In this document: positions 28,805 to 38,800 of the stretch, in pieces
Numbering within the stretch: position 1 is the stretch's first letter
Layout: each line of letters starts with the position of its first letter
Made by a program: the position numbers and the translations under genes
Source of the DNA: a virus
Taxonomy: Duplodnaviria > Caudoviricetes
IMG/VR virus record: IMGVR_UViG_3300025115_000016
Location: 1 to 52,615 of that record
Direction: 5' to 3' (one strand)
Length of the DNA stretch: 52,615 bases
Notes under the pieces: model-generated
Told to the model about the DNA's origin: nothing
What the model saw: the letters and a program-made list of their open reading frames with translations, nothing else
The model's database searches: none

Positions 28805-28945
28805 ATGCCACGCCAAAGTTCACAACAGATGATCGTCGAAGAACTGCGAATAATCCAGAATGACGTGAAGGGTTTATCAGGTTTCAGGGGCGACAATGAA
28901 TTGGAGAGAAATATACTGAGCGCGGTTACTAATATAATCTATTGA
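28805..28945 (+). CDS. Small hypothetical protein (46 aa)
   Basis: Translated by hand: MPRQSSQQMIVEELRIIQNDVKG...TNIIY; GGGGA RBS. Confidence 0.45.
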   Translation: MPRQSSQQMIVEELRIIQNDVKGLSGFRGDNELERNILSAVTNIIY

Positions 28946-28972
28946 CTGTACGGATGCTTTTGTCTAACTTTG
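28942..28972 (+). promoter_or_regulatory. Host sigma-A type promoter for the lysis/tail/ejection genes
   Basis: TTGACT-N17-TAACTTTG. Confidence 0.75.
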
Positions 28973-28989
28973 CATAACGAAACGAAAGG

Positions 28990-29304
28990 ATGATCGAAAT
29001 GTCTTCTTCTAACGGTACTCAGAACTTGCCAACGTGGGCGAAGGTAGCACTCGCTCTCCTGGGAGTAGCCATGACAGCAGGGGGGACATTGGCGACATTC
29101 GCAACGAAAACAGAAGTCTCGGAAGCAAAGATCGAGATGGAACGAAAGATCCTCATTGAAAAGTCGGACCGGCTGGATTGGCAGAAAGACTTCAAGAAGG
29201 ACTATCGTGAGGACATGGATAAAGTACAGAAGAAACTCGACGACATTATTCACGCTCTTGCAGACAAGCAAGATCGGAAAGAAACTCAACGTAACACAAA
29301 ATAA
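28990..29304 (+). CDS. Membrane-anchored coiled-coil protein (holin/antiholin-like)
   Basis: One TM segment plus coiled coil, upstream of the endolysin. Confidence 0.55.
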   Translation: MIEMSSSNGTQNLPTWAKVALALLGVAMTAGGTLATFATKTEVSEAKIEMERKILIEKSDRLDWQKDFKKDYREDMDKVQKKLDDIIHALADKQDRKETQRNTK

Positions 29305-29316
29305 AAGGAGCAATAC

Positions 29317-29712
29317 ATGGATTACCAACAGATGTTCATCTCTCTTGCCAAACTCGGCATCTTCGCGGCGTTCATCGCCGCCACAATCGAAGTAATAAAG
29401 GTAGTCGCTGCGAAAGGACTACTCCTTCTGGTCAAAGAGGTCGTTGTCTCTCTCTGGAGGAATACGGAACTGTCCGCTGAGAGCGTGAAGGTTCTGAACT
29501 TCGTCATCGCCCTGATATACTGCAAGGTCTTCCACTACGGAGTCATGCAGGACATTCTCGGACTCACCTTCAACATGGACAACGGTGGAAGCATGCAGTA
29601 CTTCCTTGACTATGTAGGAACTTCATCCGTCGTCTTCATGGGGGCCGGCTGGTTCTACGACAAGATCATGGAGATCAAAAAGAAAATTGAAACCCCCGTG
29701 GTGAAGAAATGA
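29317..29712 (+). CDS. Putative holin
   Basis: Three hydrophobic segments, charged C-terminus, adjacent to the endolysin. Confidence 0.6.
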   Translation: MDYQQMFISLAKLGIFAAFIAATIEVIKVVAAKGLLLLVKEVVVSLWRNTELSAESVKVLNFVIALIYCKVFHYGVMQDILGLTFNMDNGGSMQYFLDYVGTSSVVFMGAGWFYDKIMEIKKKIETPVVKK

Positions 29713-30032
29713 TATATCTTAAAGACACGGTACGGTTCAAGATCCTTCTGCCGGAGATATGGATTCTCTTTCCGATCATCGACGAGGTGTGGAGAGTGCT
29801 GGCCGGAAAGAATCCTACGATCACCTCTGCGAACGACAGCAGACACGGCACAAAGAGTCTTCATTTCAAAGATCAGGCAATCGACATTCGGTCAAAAGAC
29901 CTGAACGAAGACCAGAAAGACCTCATATTTTCAGAACTCAAGAAGCGTCTCAATCCGATCGGATACGACGTTCTGCTTGAGTATCGAGGACAAGACAATG
30001 AGCATTTTCACGTTGAGTACGATCCCAAATGA
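29709..30032 (+). CDS. Endolysin, peptidase M15-type (Zn)
   Basis: ITSANDSRH...SLHFKDQAIDIR...HFHVEYDP (H-x6-D...HxH). Confidence 0.85.
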   Translation: MIYLKDTVRFKILLPEIWILFPIIDEVWRVLAGKNPTITSANDSRHGTKSLHFKDQAIDIRSKDLNEDQKDLIFSELKKRLNPIGYDVLLEYRGQDNEHFHVEYDPK

Positions 30033-30140
30033 TTACCACACGGAGGACCATGTGGACAGCGGTACCTCCCCCCTTCCACCTTCGTTGAATGAGGGGCCGG
30101 AAGTATTCCGGAACGTAATGGTCCAATACGGAGAACAGCC

Positions 30141-30632
30141 ATGCAGCGTACAACCATAGTCCTCATAATCCTGTGCATAGTATTGGCGCTGTGCACGGGA
30201 TACCTATATCGCAACCAGGGACGCCAAAGTACATCTGTCGTAGGACATGTCATCGAGATACCGGTCGATCTTCCTCCGGTGTACATACAGGGCCCTGCTG
30301 TCCCTTATCCGGTCAAAGACACAACTGATTTTCAAAAGTACTTGGATAGCCTGCTTCGTCAGACTGAGGATCAGAAGGACTCTGCGATCACGAGTTTGTC
30401 TCAGCCATTCAACATCAACGGCGAACAGGGAATCATCAAATACGACATCACTGCGTTTCCTCAACTCAACATGAGAACGATCGAAGCAATCTTCGACGTC
30501 AATCCGTTTAAGGTCGATACGACGTTAATGGACACAACGCTGATCGTAAAGAACAACAGCGATTGGTACGTCTTCACCCTGATCGGTTCGGTAGTGACAT
30601 TCATACTATTGGCAATTACCGGAGGCCTCTAA
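30141..30632 (+). CDS. Spanin-like membrane protein
   Basis: N- and C-terminal TM segments; follows the endolysin. Confidence 0.5.
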   Translation: MQRTTIVLIILCIVLALCTGYLYRNQGRQSTSVVGHVIEIPVDLPPVYIQGPAVPYPVKDTTDFQKYLDSLLRQTEDQKDSAITSLSQPFNINGEQGIIKYDITAFPQLNMRTIEAIFDVNPFKVDTTLMDTTLIVKNNSDWYVFTLIGSVVTFILLAITGGL

Positions 30633-33600
30633 TGCCGAGAGAAGCATATACCATAGGTAGATTTGACAGAGGCATCATCTCTGCGGTCGAAGGAGCAGAC
30701 CTTCCGAAGGAGTCTTCTCCGTGGAGCATCGATCAGGACTGCGAAGGCCCGCTTGGAGTCCTTCGCGGAAGGAACAACGACGAAGCGTTCGTCTCCCATG
30801 CCTCAAGGGGAAACAACGCTCAGGCATACGGATGGATCGTAAGGGAAGACGGAAAGCGCGACCTGATATACTACGACGCTGCAAACGGAGACGTAAAGTA
30901 CATCACCGACTTCCACGGCACAAAAGGATATGGCACCTCATTCAGTCCGGGAACAGGCAAGACAGTCTCGATTGAATCTGTCAACAGAGGCGTGCGCGTG
31001 GCCGTAGGAGACGCAGACGTAAAGTTTATCGGCTACATCGACCACGAGCAGTTCGGCGGGAGCGTTCCGAGCGGACTTCAATGCGTCGATGCAAAACTGT
31101 CCAACCAAACCTCTTTTCCCTACGTTCACAAGATGGTCGGACAAGACAGTCTATATGGATATGCGATTGAATGGCAGGGAAAGAAAGTCTTCAAAGTTAC
31201 TCTCTCAAGCGGAGCGTTCGTTCTCTCTGAACGATCCTTTGGCTCTCTCCAGGGGATTTGCGAAGACGGCACGTATATCTACGTCTACGATGCATCGATA
31301 GGAACATATGGCACTCTCTACAAACTGAATCAGTCTCTTGAGGTGGAAACAAGCTATCCTCTTTCCGGCTTTGGAAGCGTAGGAAATGAATTCGGCGGCA
31401 CTCAGGCTGGAATTGTCACCGACATCGAACTAAGCGCCGACAACTCCACTGTATGGTTTACGGGAGTGCCGAGCATCCCTATCACCGCGGCATCTTCGTG
31501 GAACGAGGCTGGTTCAAAATTCATCTTCTCTCAAGACATATCGTCTCTCAACGACGGTCAGTCAATAGTTCCCGTCGATAGAACGCCGTCGATGGCGCTG
31601 GATGTTTCAGAGGGAAGATTCAAGTCAACCGGAATAGTTCGTCCCGCAATGCGCGGCTTTGTCAAACTTACCACCGGAACCGAGATCGGAATATTCTGCT
31701 CCATCGAACAGAACGTGTACTACGACGGAACGGCTTCGGATGGAAAGCCGTATCTTGGCATATTGATTCTCAACACATCGTTTGTGGTTTCTTCCGGTTT
31801 CAACTCTGCGAATTCAAGGTTCATTGCCGTCGATGCTACAAACATGGTTCCGTCTCCCAGCGCTCCCGACAGTTGGTCTCCGATCAACGCCATCTACTGT
31901 CCGAATGGATCGGGGGAAGACGTTCTTGTCATCGCGGACAACGCAAACCTCTTGACTGAAGAGTGCGCTCTTGCAGACAATAAAAATCTTACGATTGGCG
32001 CAGCCGGCTCGGCGTTCGCCTGGGATGCGTCGGGATGGAAAACAATCTCGGTTGATGACGACAGCGAGGCTATTGACGACGAGCTCACAAATGCATCGAT
32101 CATGTTCAACAAGTACGACGGAGTCTCGGAGCTGAACGAATGCTACGTCTTTCCAGCCTATCAGTACCATGATGATCCCCTTACTGTCAACGTCGATCAG
32201 TCTCCGAGAATGTACAAACTATTCATCGGCGACGACGCATCTTTCTCGGCGGAACCTCATGTATATGTCAAGAGAAGCGATGCATGGATAACAGCGGAGA
32301 TCAACAACAATGAACCGGGAAGTCTTGGCGGGAAAGTTTACTTCTACAAATATGCGTTCATCTACGATGGATACCAATATTCTCCGCTTGAGAATTTCAA
32401 CGAACCGTTTAGGATCATCATTGGCAGCGGAAGTTACTCAACAAGGGTAACGGTTACGCTTAGAGACAATGTATTGAATGCGAGAATTACCGATGTTGCA
32501 ATATTCAGGGCCGAGGCGGCATCAAGCACATCTCTTCGTCCGACGACATCCTATCGTCTCATCAACACGATCAGTCTCAGGCAGAAGTGGGCGTTGAACA
32601 GCAGCGGCAAGTTCTCCGACTTCTATCAGGAGAGCGTCTACGATACGGGAAACTTCGGCGGTGCGTATGAAACAGAGTCCGGCATCGATGCGTCCAATCC
32701 GAACAACTTCATGCGCTATTCAATATCCGCTCAGGGGAACGGATACTTTTTTGTCGGTCAGTGTTTCAACGAAGAGTTCGACGACAACTCTCTTGCAAAC
32801 TTCCTGTTCCGTTCAAAGCAGAACGCTCCCGATACGTACGACTGGTCAACAGACTTCCTCGTGCTTCCGACCAAGCCCGTCGCACTTCACTTCTTCAGAG
32901 GGCTTCTGTACGCCTTTGACGTAGCCAGAATGTACGTGATCGATCCGAACAACTTCCAGATCATCCAGGTAGTCGAAGGGATGGGCGTTGAGGACCAGCG
33001 ATGCGTCGTGTCAAATGAAACGGCGATGTTCTTCGGAAACAGGAACAATGCGTACATGCACGACGGAAAGACTCCGACGATCATCTCCACGCCGGTGAAT
33101 GTCTCTTCCGATTCGACCATAGGTGGAACGGCAATCATTTCGTATAGGGCTACATTTGTAAATTCATACGAAATGTCCATTGCTATTCACTCAAAGAGAA
33201 ACCTTGTCTTGTTCTGTTTTTCGAAGACGGGAGCATCAACGTATATCCTTGGATTTCACTATCCGACCGGCTCATGGTACTTCTGGCAATTTGCCTCAAG
33301 TATCGATGGAACGATCCTGCCAAACGGTACCGGTAAAAAGATGGTTCTTGTCGATGGATATGGACAGGCATATCTTTCGACCGCCGGTGGCCTTCTCAGC
33401 ATCAACTCTGCTGCTACCTATAAAGCATGTACATGGTACAGCCACATCATCGACGGCGGGACTGTCAACGCCATCAAGAAGTTCTACATGATCATCCTGG
33501 ACGGTACGGCAGGAACGACCAAGCAGGTGGCATACAACGGAAGCACGACGTTCTCCACAGACTTCACTTCCGGAACATATCTTGATACGACGACCAAGAG

Positions 33601-33694
33601 GTCTTCGATGTGGATAAAACTTGTCCTTACCACGACGGATACTATTCGCGGGCTTACCGTACTATACAGAAAGATGATTGGAGAGCGGGCATGA
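30632..33694 (+). CDS. Tail nozzle / stabilisation (muzzle) protein
   Basis: About 1020 aa, beta-propeller-like; start MPREAYTIGRFDRGI; precedes the ejection proteins. Confidence 0.7.
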   Translation: MPREAYTIGRFDRGIISAVEGADLPKESSPWSIDQDCEGPLGVLRGRNNDEAFVSHASRGNNAQAYGWIVREDGKRDLIYYDAANGDVKYITDFHGTKGYGTSFSPGTGKTVSIESVNRGVRVAVGDADVKFIGYIDHEQFGGSVPSGLQCVDAKLSNQTSFPYVHKMVGQDSLYGYAIEWQGKKVFKVTLSSGAFVLSERSFGSLQGICEDGTYIYVYDASIGTYGTLYKLNQSLEVETSYPLSGFGSVGNEFGGTQAGIVTDIELSADNSTVWFTGVPSIPITAASSWNEAGSKFIFSQDISSLNDGQSIVPVDRTPSMALDVSEGRFKSTGIVRPAMRGFVKLTTGTEIGIFCSIEQNVYYDGTASDGKPYLGILILNTSFVVSSGFNSANSRFIAVDATNMVPSPSAPDSWSPINAIYCPNGSGEDVLVIADNANLLTEECALADNKNLTIGAAGSAFAWDASGWKTISVDDDSEAIDDELTNASIMFNKYDGVSELNECYVFPAYQYHDDPLTVNVDQSPRMYKLFIGDDASFSAEPHVYVKRSDAWITAEINNNEPGSLGGKVYFYKYAFIYDGYQYSPLENFNEPFRIIIGSGSYSTRVTVTLRDNVLNARITDVAIFRAEAASSTSLRPTTSYRLINTISLRQKWALNSSGKFSDFYQESVYDTGNFGGAYETESGIDASNPNNFMRYSISAQGNGYFFVGQCFNEEFDDNSLANFLFRSKQNAPDTYDWSTDFLVLPTKPVALHFFRGLLYAFDVARMYVIDPNNFQIIQVVEGMGVEDQRCVVSNETAMFFGNRNNAYMHDGKTPTIISTPVNVSSDSTIGGTAIISYRATFVNSYEMSIAIHSKRNLVLFCFSKTGASTYILGFHYPTGSWYFWQFASSIDGTILPNGTGKKMVLVDGYGQAYLSTAGGLLSINSAATYKACTWYSHIIDGGTVNAIKKFYMIILDGTAGTTKQVAYNGSTTFSTDFTSGTYLDTTTKRSSMWIKLVLTTTDTIRGLTVLYRKMIGERA

Positions 33695-33939
33695 TAAAGG
33701 GGACAACGGGCGATCCAAAGACAGACTCAATCCTGAGAGACCTCGACGCTCAGATCGAGGCGCTGAAAGAGAAACTTCAAGCGGTCTCCGGAAGCGCACC
33801 TTCGAACACTCAGGGAAGCGAAGGAAGCATACGTATTGTAAATATGGGAAACGATTTGTATGTTGTTGCAGTGAAGTCTAAGGACGGCTGGCTTGTTTCC
33901 GATACAACGACATTCACATTCAAAACAAAACTCGATTAG
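33691..33939 (+). CDS. Small tail-associated protein
   Basis: Start MIKGTTG with ATGA overlap; coiled coil plus GSIR...DGW beta tip. Confidence 0.6.
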   Translation: MIKGTTGDPKTDSILRDLDAQIEALKEKLQAVSGSAPSNTQGSEGSIRIVNMGNDLYVVAVKSKDGWLVSDTTTFTFKTKLD

Positions 33940-33948
33940 AGGCGCACT

Positions 33949-34782
33949 ATGGATCCACTTACTATCGGACTGATCATGGGCGGGGGAAGCATCCTTGGCA
34001 AGATGTTCAGCAAGACCCCCGACTTCCAGCGTCTGGACAGAGCAAACTACATGCTCGGTTCAGACTACGAATACGATCCCGAAACCGACTTCGGACAATC
34101 TACTGCTGCCGACAACATGTCCAGATACGGCATGGGCGGCGCGTACAACTCCTACATCAAGGGAGAAACAGAAGCCCTTCGCAAGTCTGAGATGAACCGC
34201 ATACTCAAGATGGCTACCAGCATGGTCCCGGGAATGGCTTCCTTGAGGGGCGGAGTGTCTGCCCAGGGAGCAGGGGGAAGCGTCTCGAACGTCATTGCAA
34301 GACAGCAAAGAGAGCAGATGCAGGGACGCGCCCTTGACGCGGCAGACTCGATGTACGAGAAGTCTGTCGGAGGCATCAACATGGCTGAACTGAACATGCT
34401 CTCGGACAGCGAGAAGATGCGATATAGCTCTTCGCAAGACTACATGAAGGCGGTAGGAATGGGAACAGAGGCGAAGAACCAAGCCCTCAGATTCAACGTC
34501 GGCAACCGCTTTGAACGAGACCGGCTCAACATGTCGAATGCCCTTAGCATTGAACAGTTCAACCGCACCGGACAAATGAAGGCAGATGAAATGCGCTTCG
34601 GCAAATGGAACAGCATCTTCGACGACCTTGGAGGCATGGGAGGCACGATGCTCGGACATTGGGCGGGAAGCTATGATTTTAATGGAGAAAGCGACCTGGA
34701 CTATTTTAAGAAACCAATAACTATTGACCAAAGGAAAGAAGTTGATTGGAATAAATTTGGATTTGGTGGAAGGAAAAGGTGA
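33949..34782 (+). CDS. Ejection / pilot protein 1
   Basis: MDPLTIGLIMGGGSILGKMF N-terminus; Gly/Met/Gln-rich. Confidence 0.75.
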   Translation: MDPLTIGLIMGGGSILGKMFSKTPDFQRLDRANYMLGSDYEYDPETDFGQSTAADNMSRYGMGGAYNSYIKGETEALRKSEMNRILKMATSMVPGMASLRGGVSAQGAGGSVSNVIARQQREQMQGRALDAADSMYEKSVGGINMAELNMLSDSEKMRYSSSQDYMKAVGMGTEAKNQALRFNVGNRFERDRLNMSNALSIEQFNRTGQMKADEMRFGKWNSIFDDLGGMGGTMLGHWAGSYDFNGESDLDYFKKPITIDQRKEVDWNKFGFGGRKR

Positions 34783-35810
34783 CTAATATGGGAGCACTTT
34801 CAGAGAACTTCGCACGAGCATTCTCTCAGTCCTTTGCACAACGTAAGGAAGACGAGAAGCTCGAAGAGTCTGTTCGTATGCAGGAGATCAGAGAGAAGAA
34901 CGAACAGGACTATCGCAACGAGCAGATCAATCTATCCCTGCAACAGCTTCGAATGACCGAACAGAACAACATCCAGAACAACAACCGGATGATGCTCTCT
35001 GAGGCCAATCGTCAGTTTGTTACAACCGGGGAGAATGATCCCATTCTAAGATTTGGAGGACTCAAACCTCAAAACTCCGAGTATCTAAATGCTGCCGGAC
35101 CGCTGGCAAAACTGGATACAGGAAATGTCGCTGTCGATAGATCGGTATATGAGAAAATGGCTTTTGCGTATATCGAACAAATGAGGCAGGATTCCCGTGG
35201 AAGCGAAGTCTCAAAGATGCAGGAAAATCTCATGTCTCTTGAGAATGCGGCCAACAGCATGTCTCCGACATTCACATCGAAGGGTTCTCTTCCGACAATA
35301 GCGCTTCGCAAGTCGGTTACGAATCAGCAAAGACTTGTTATGGGCGATGCCGGCAGATGGGCTGCCAACTACGGCATTGCTGTCTATGACGATCCGAACC
35401 GTCCTATGACAATCGAGGGTACGAAGCAGGTGTCTCAAGAGGTTCTCGATCCTAACTATCTTGAGAATGTTGCAAAAATAATCGAGCGTATGCGTGGAGA
35501 GGGACTTCGCGCCAACAACCGTCAGCTTGGAATAAATGTGGACGAATACATCAGACCTGTCGAACGCTCATGGTTTGACAACGTGATGAAACACTACAAC
35601 ACGATCGATGCGGAAAAAGTCAGCCCTGCCGTTCGCGCGTTATTCAATCGTCTCCAAAGAACAAACATGATGGAGGCAAACGCACAGCAGATGCAGAGGA
35701 TGAAAGAAGTCTCGAGTATCCTATCAATGATGAAGGCTGCCGGAGATGTATCCAGCGAGTACAAAGAACCGGCTAAATCAATGGTCTCACCATATATCGG
35801 CGGACAATAA
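34779..35810 (+). CDS. Ejection protein 2
   Basis: Helical and Gln/Asn/Met-rich; lies between the pilot and the giant protein. Confidence 0.65.
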   Translation: MTNMGALSENFARAFSQSFAQRKEDEKLEESVRMQEIREKNEQDYRNEQINLSLQQLRMTEQNNIQNNNRMMLSEANRQFVTTGENDPILRFGGLKPQNSEYLNAAGPLAKLDTGNVAVDRSVYEKMAFAYIEQMRQDSRGSEVSKMQENLMSLENAANSMSPTFTSKGSLPTIALRKSVTNQQRLVMGDAGRWAANYGIAVYDDPNRPMTIEGTKQVSQEVLDPNYLENVAKIIERMRGEGLRANNRQLGINVDEYIRPVERSWFDNVMKHYNTIDAEKVSPAVRALFNRLQRTNMMEANAQQMQRMKEVSSILSMMKAAGDVSSEYKEPAKSMVSPYIGGQ

Positions 35811-35814
35811 TCTT

Positions 35815-38800
35815 ATGGCAAAACTTCAACTGCTATACGGGACGCAGGCCCCGCAAGAAACCTCAACGGAGCGTCCTTCATGGGACGCTTCGTCGTTTAT
35901 CGGACAGTTCATGGCCGGATACGTGGAAGGACTCACGACATTCGACGTATTGGACAACTACGACATCGTAAAGAACAACGCCGACACCGAGGCAGAATAC
36001 ATCGCCAGAAGTCTCGGAAGCGTTCTTGGGTTCATCGGATTCCTGCCGTTTCCCGGAACAGGCACGTTCACACGACTCGGCTTTTCCACTGCCGCCAAGG
36101 CAATGAAGCTCGTCGGACAGGCAGACAAAGCAAAGAGCCTTGCCGCAGAAGCCAGGGCTGTCAAGATGACCATGACCTCTATCCCGATGATTACCGGAAG
36201 AGTGATGAGCGGAGGAGTAATGAGGATGCTTGAGTCCGGAGCCGCCAAGTCTGCGCTTCAGTTCGGAGAGCAGGCGATAGGAAGAAGTCTTTCTGCCGGA
36301 GCGAAAGCAAGAATATCCTCTTATACCGAAACGGGTTTGTTTATGGGTTTTGCCTCAGCCGCAGCTGCTCGCCCAATGAATCCTATGGACATCTTCAGCG
36401 AAGGATGGGACGAGCGATGGGAAGCAGCGAAGTACGGCATGGCATACGGCGTAGGACAGCAGGCGATCGCATCGTTCTTCTCTCCGAAACTCATGGAGAA
36501 ACTTGGAGCGAAGAACTTCAAGGAGCTCATGCAGAAGGAGCCGGACAAAGCCGAATTCATGCTCAAGTCTCTTCGCGGAGTTTCTACCGGCCTTGTGATG
36601 GGCGGATATGCGGCAGCCGAAGGGTTCCCAAACGAACTTGTGCTGTACGAAACTCTTGTCAACGGTGTCTTCGGATACAGAGAGCTTCCCTGGTACAACA
36701 AGCAGGCGATGAAACTGATGAACAAGCACCTTCGTGAAGAGAAGGTTGCGGACTATCTGCTCATGCAGAAGACTCCCGAGAAGTACCTTGAGTCTGTCGG
36801 AGAGACCGATCTTCCGCCCGAGGTCATCAACTCGTTCTCAATAGCCGCCACCGCTCACTTTGGGAACACCGTCAAAACCGCATCTGCCTACATCGAAGCG
36901 ATGAAAAAGACCGAAGCCGCACGCAGAGGCGTGGACGTGGAATCTCTCGGAGACGAATTCATATCTGAAATGATACAGTCCGGAGACATCACCAAGGCGA
37001 AGGCATGGCAATCCCTTCTTGAGTACGATCAGATCATGAAGATGGAGACCGACAAGGCGGTCAACACATTCGAAGAGGTTCACAAGAGAAAGCCCAGCGA
37101 AGAGGAGATGCACGACATCTCGGATGCTGCCAAAGACAATGCGGACGCCATCAGCGTCGATCTCTGGTACAACAACGACGACGCGATCAGGATCATCAAG
37201 GACGTCGCCAAGAGGGTGCACTACGAACAGGAGATGACTCAGCAGACTCCCGATCAGCTTCTCAAGGTGGCTTCCTCGATGAGAGAGGCGGGCATCTCGA
37301 TGCAGGCGGCCGAATTCGTCACGACGCTCAGCGACGTCCTCGGCAAGGAACATCGCGGCTTTGAGACCTTGCGCACGATCAACGAGATCATTCGTACCAA
37401 CAAGCGCGACGGACAAAAGAACTACATTCCCGTCAGGGATCAACTTACCGGAAAGTTCGGCATCACGTTGACCAAAGAGCAGGACAATGCGTTCAGGCAT
37501 CTGTGGGCCATGTACTCCAACAGCAAGACCAGAAAGATGCTCAAGGTCAACCTGTCCGACTACGACGTCTTCAGGCCGACAGAGCACCTTGCAGACGGCA
37601 CGTTCAAGGCGGAGATCGACAACGTGACTCCGATCGAAAAGATGACCGGTCTCGAAGCAATGTATCTGAAGACAGCGGTGGATAAAAAGACGGACGTTCC
37701 GATCCACTCTTCGAAGGTCAACGCTTCCCGGCTGATGGTGGAGTCCTTCAAGAAGAACTGGTGGTATTTCTCCGGCAAGAAGGACAATCACCACATGGTC
37801 TTCTTCGACATGACAGAGGCCAAATTTGAGCCAGGAGACTTCAATTTAGCCAAGGAGGCCTTAGCCATAGATGCGGTCTTAAAACCGCTCCAAGACCCCT
37901 CTAAAGGCGATTATGTGCCATTTTTAGAGCAGTATGCGAAGGACAAAGCCCTTTTTGTGGCTGAAGCCCTGAGAGACGTCCCTGAAGGCAAGGCAATAGG
38001 CGAAAAGATAGCCGCAGAGAAGGCATACGACGCCCTGTACAGCTTCAACGCTGTCCAGTGGAAGAAGTTCAACCATGCGGAGACCCTTGCTGAACTGTTT
38101 GCAGACAGGGATGCGTTCTCGATTACCGATGTGACGAAGTTCAACAAGCGTACTCAGTTGATGTTCGACGTCGGCATTCCGATGGATCCGAGCGTCGTCG
38201 GAAGGGAGAAGCTCAGCGCCAGGGTGGCAGAGTGGACCCCGGAGTCTCTCGGTCTGTTCAAGACTGAGTTCGGTCGAATGTTCGGAGGAAAGAACCCCTT
38301 GCAGTACGACGGCGTTGCGTGGGTGCGAAGAGAGGCCGCCAAGGCATTCGGCTCGTACTCCGGAAACGAAGAGGGGGGATTTCACAAGATCGCTGCCGTT
38401 CACTCCGACGACCTTGGAGGACTCTTAGGCAAGCAAGGCTTCCACGTAATGACTGCGAAGGAAGAGTCGATGCTCGATAAGTCCGGCATCAGCGACGACA
38501 TCGTGTTCTTTGAGAGCGCCACAAAACTCAAAGGGAAGCGTCCTGTAACCAAACTGACCTTATCCAAAGAAGGCATCACTCACGACGCTACTGAAGTGAT
38601 CAACCCGGAAGACCCGCTCGGCAAGAGGACAGGCGGCTCGTTCGAGATTCCCGTAGAGTCGATACGTCTGAACCTGTCGGCAGCGGAAGATCCGACGATC
38701 AAGCCTGCTCACATCGCCAAACCGCTCTTGAACCACTTTGAAGAGTCTCCCGAACTCTCAAGGCTCATCATGGAGAAGTACGTGCTTCCGGGATTTGAAG

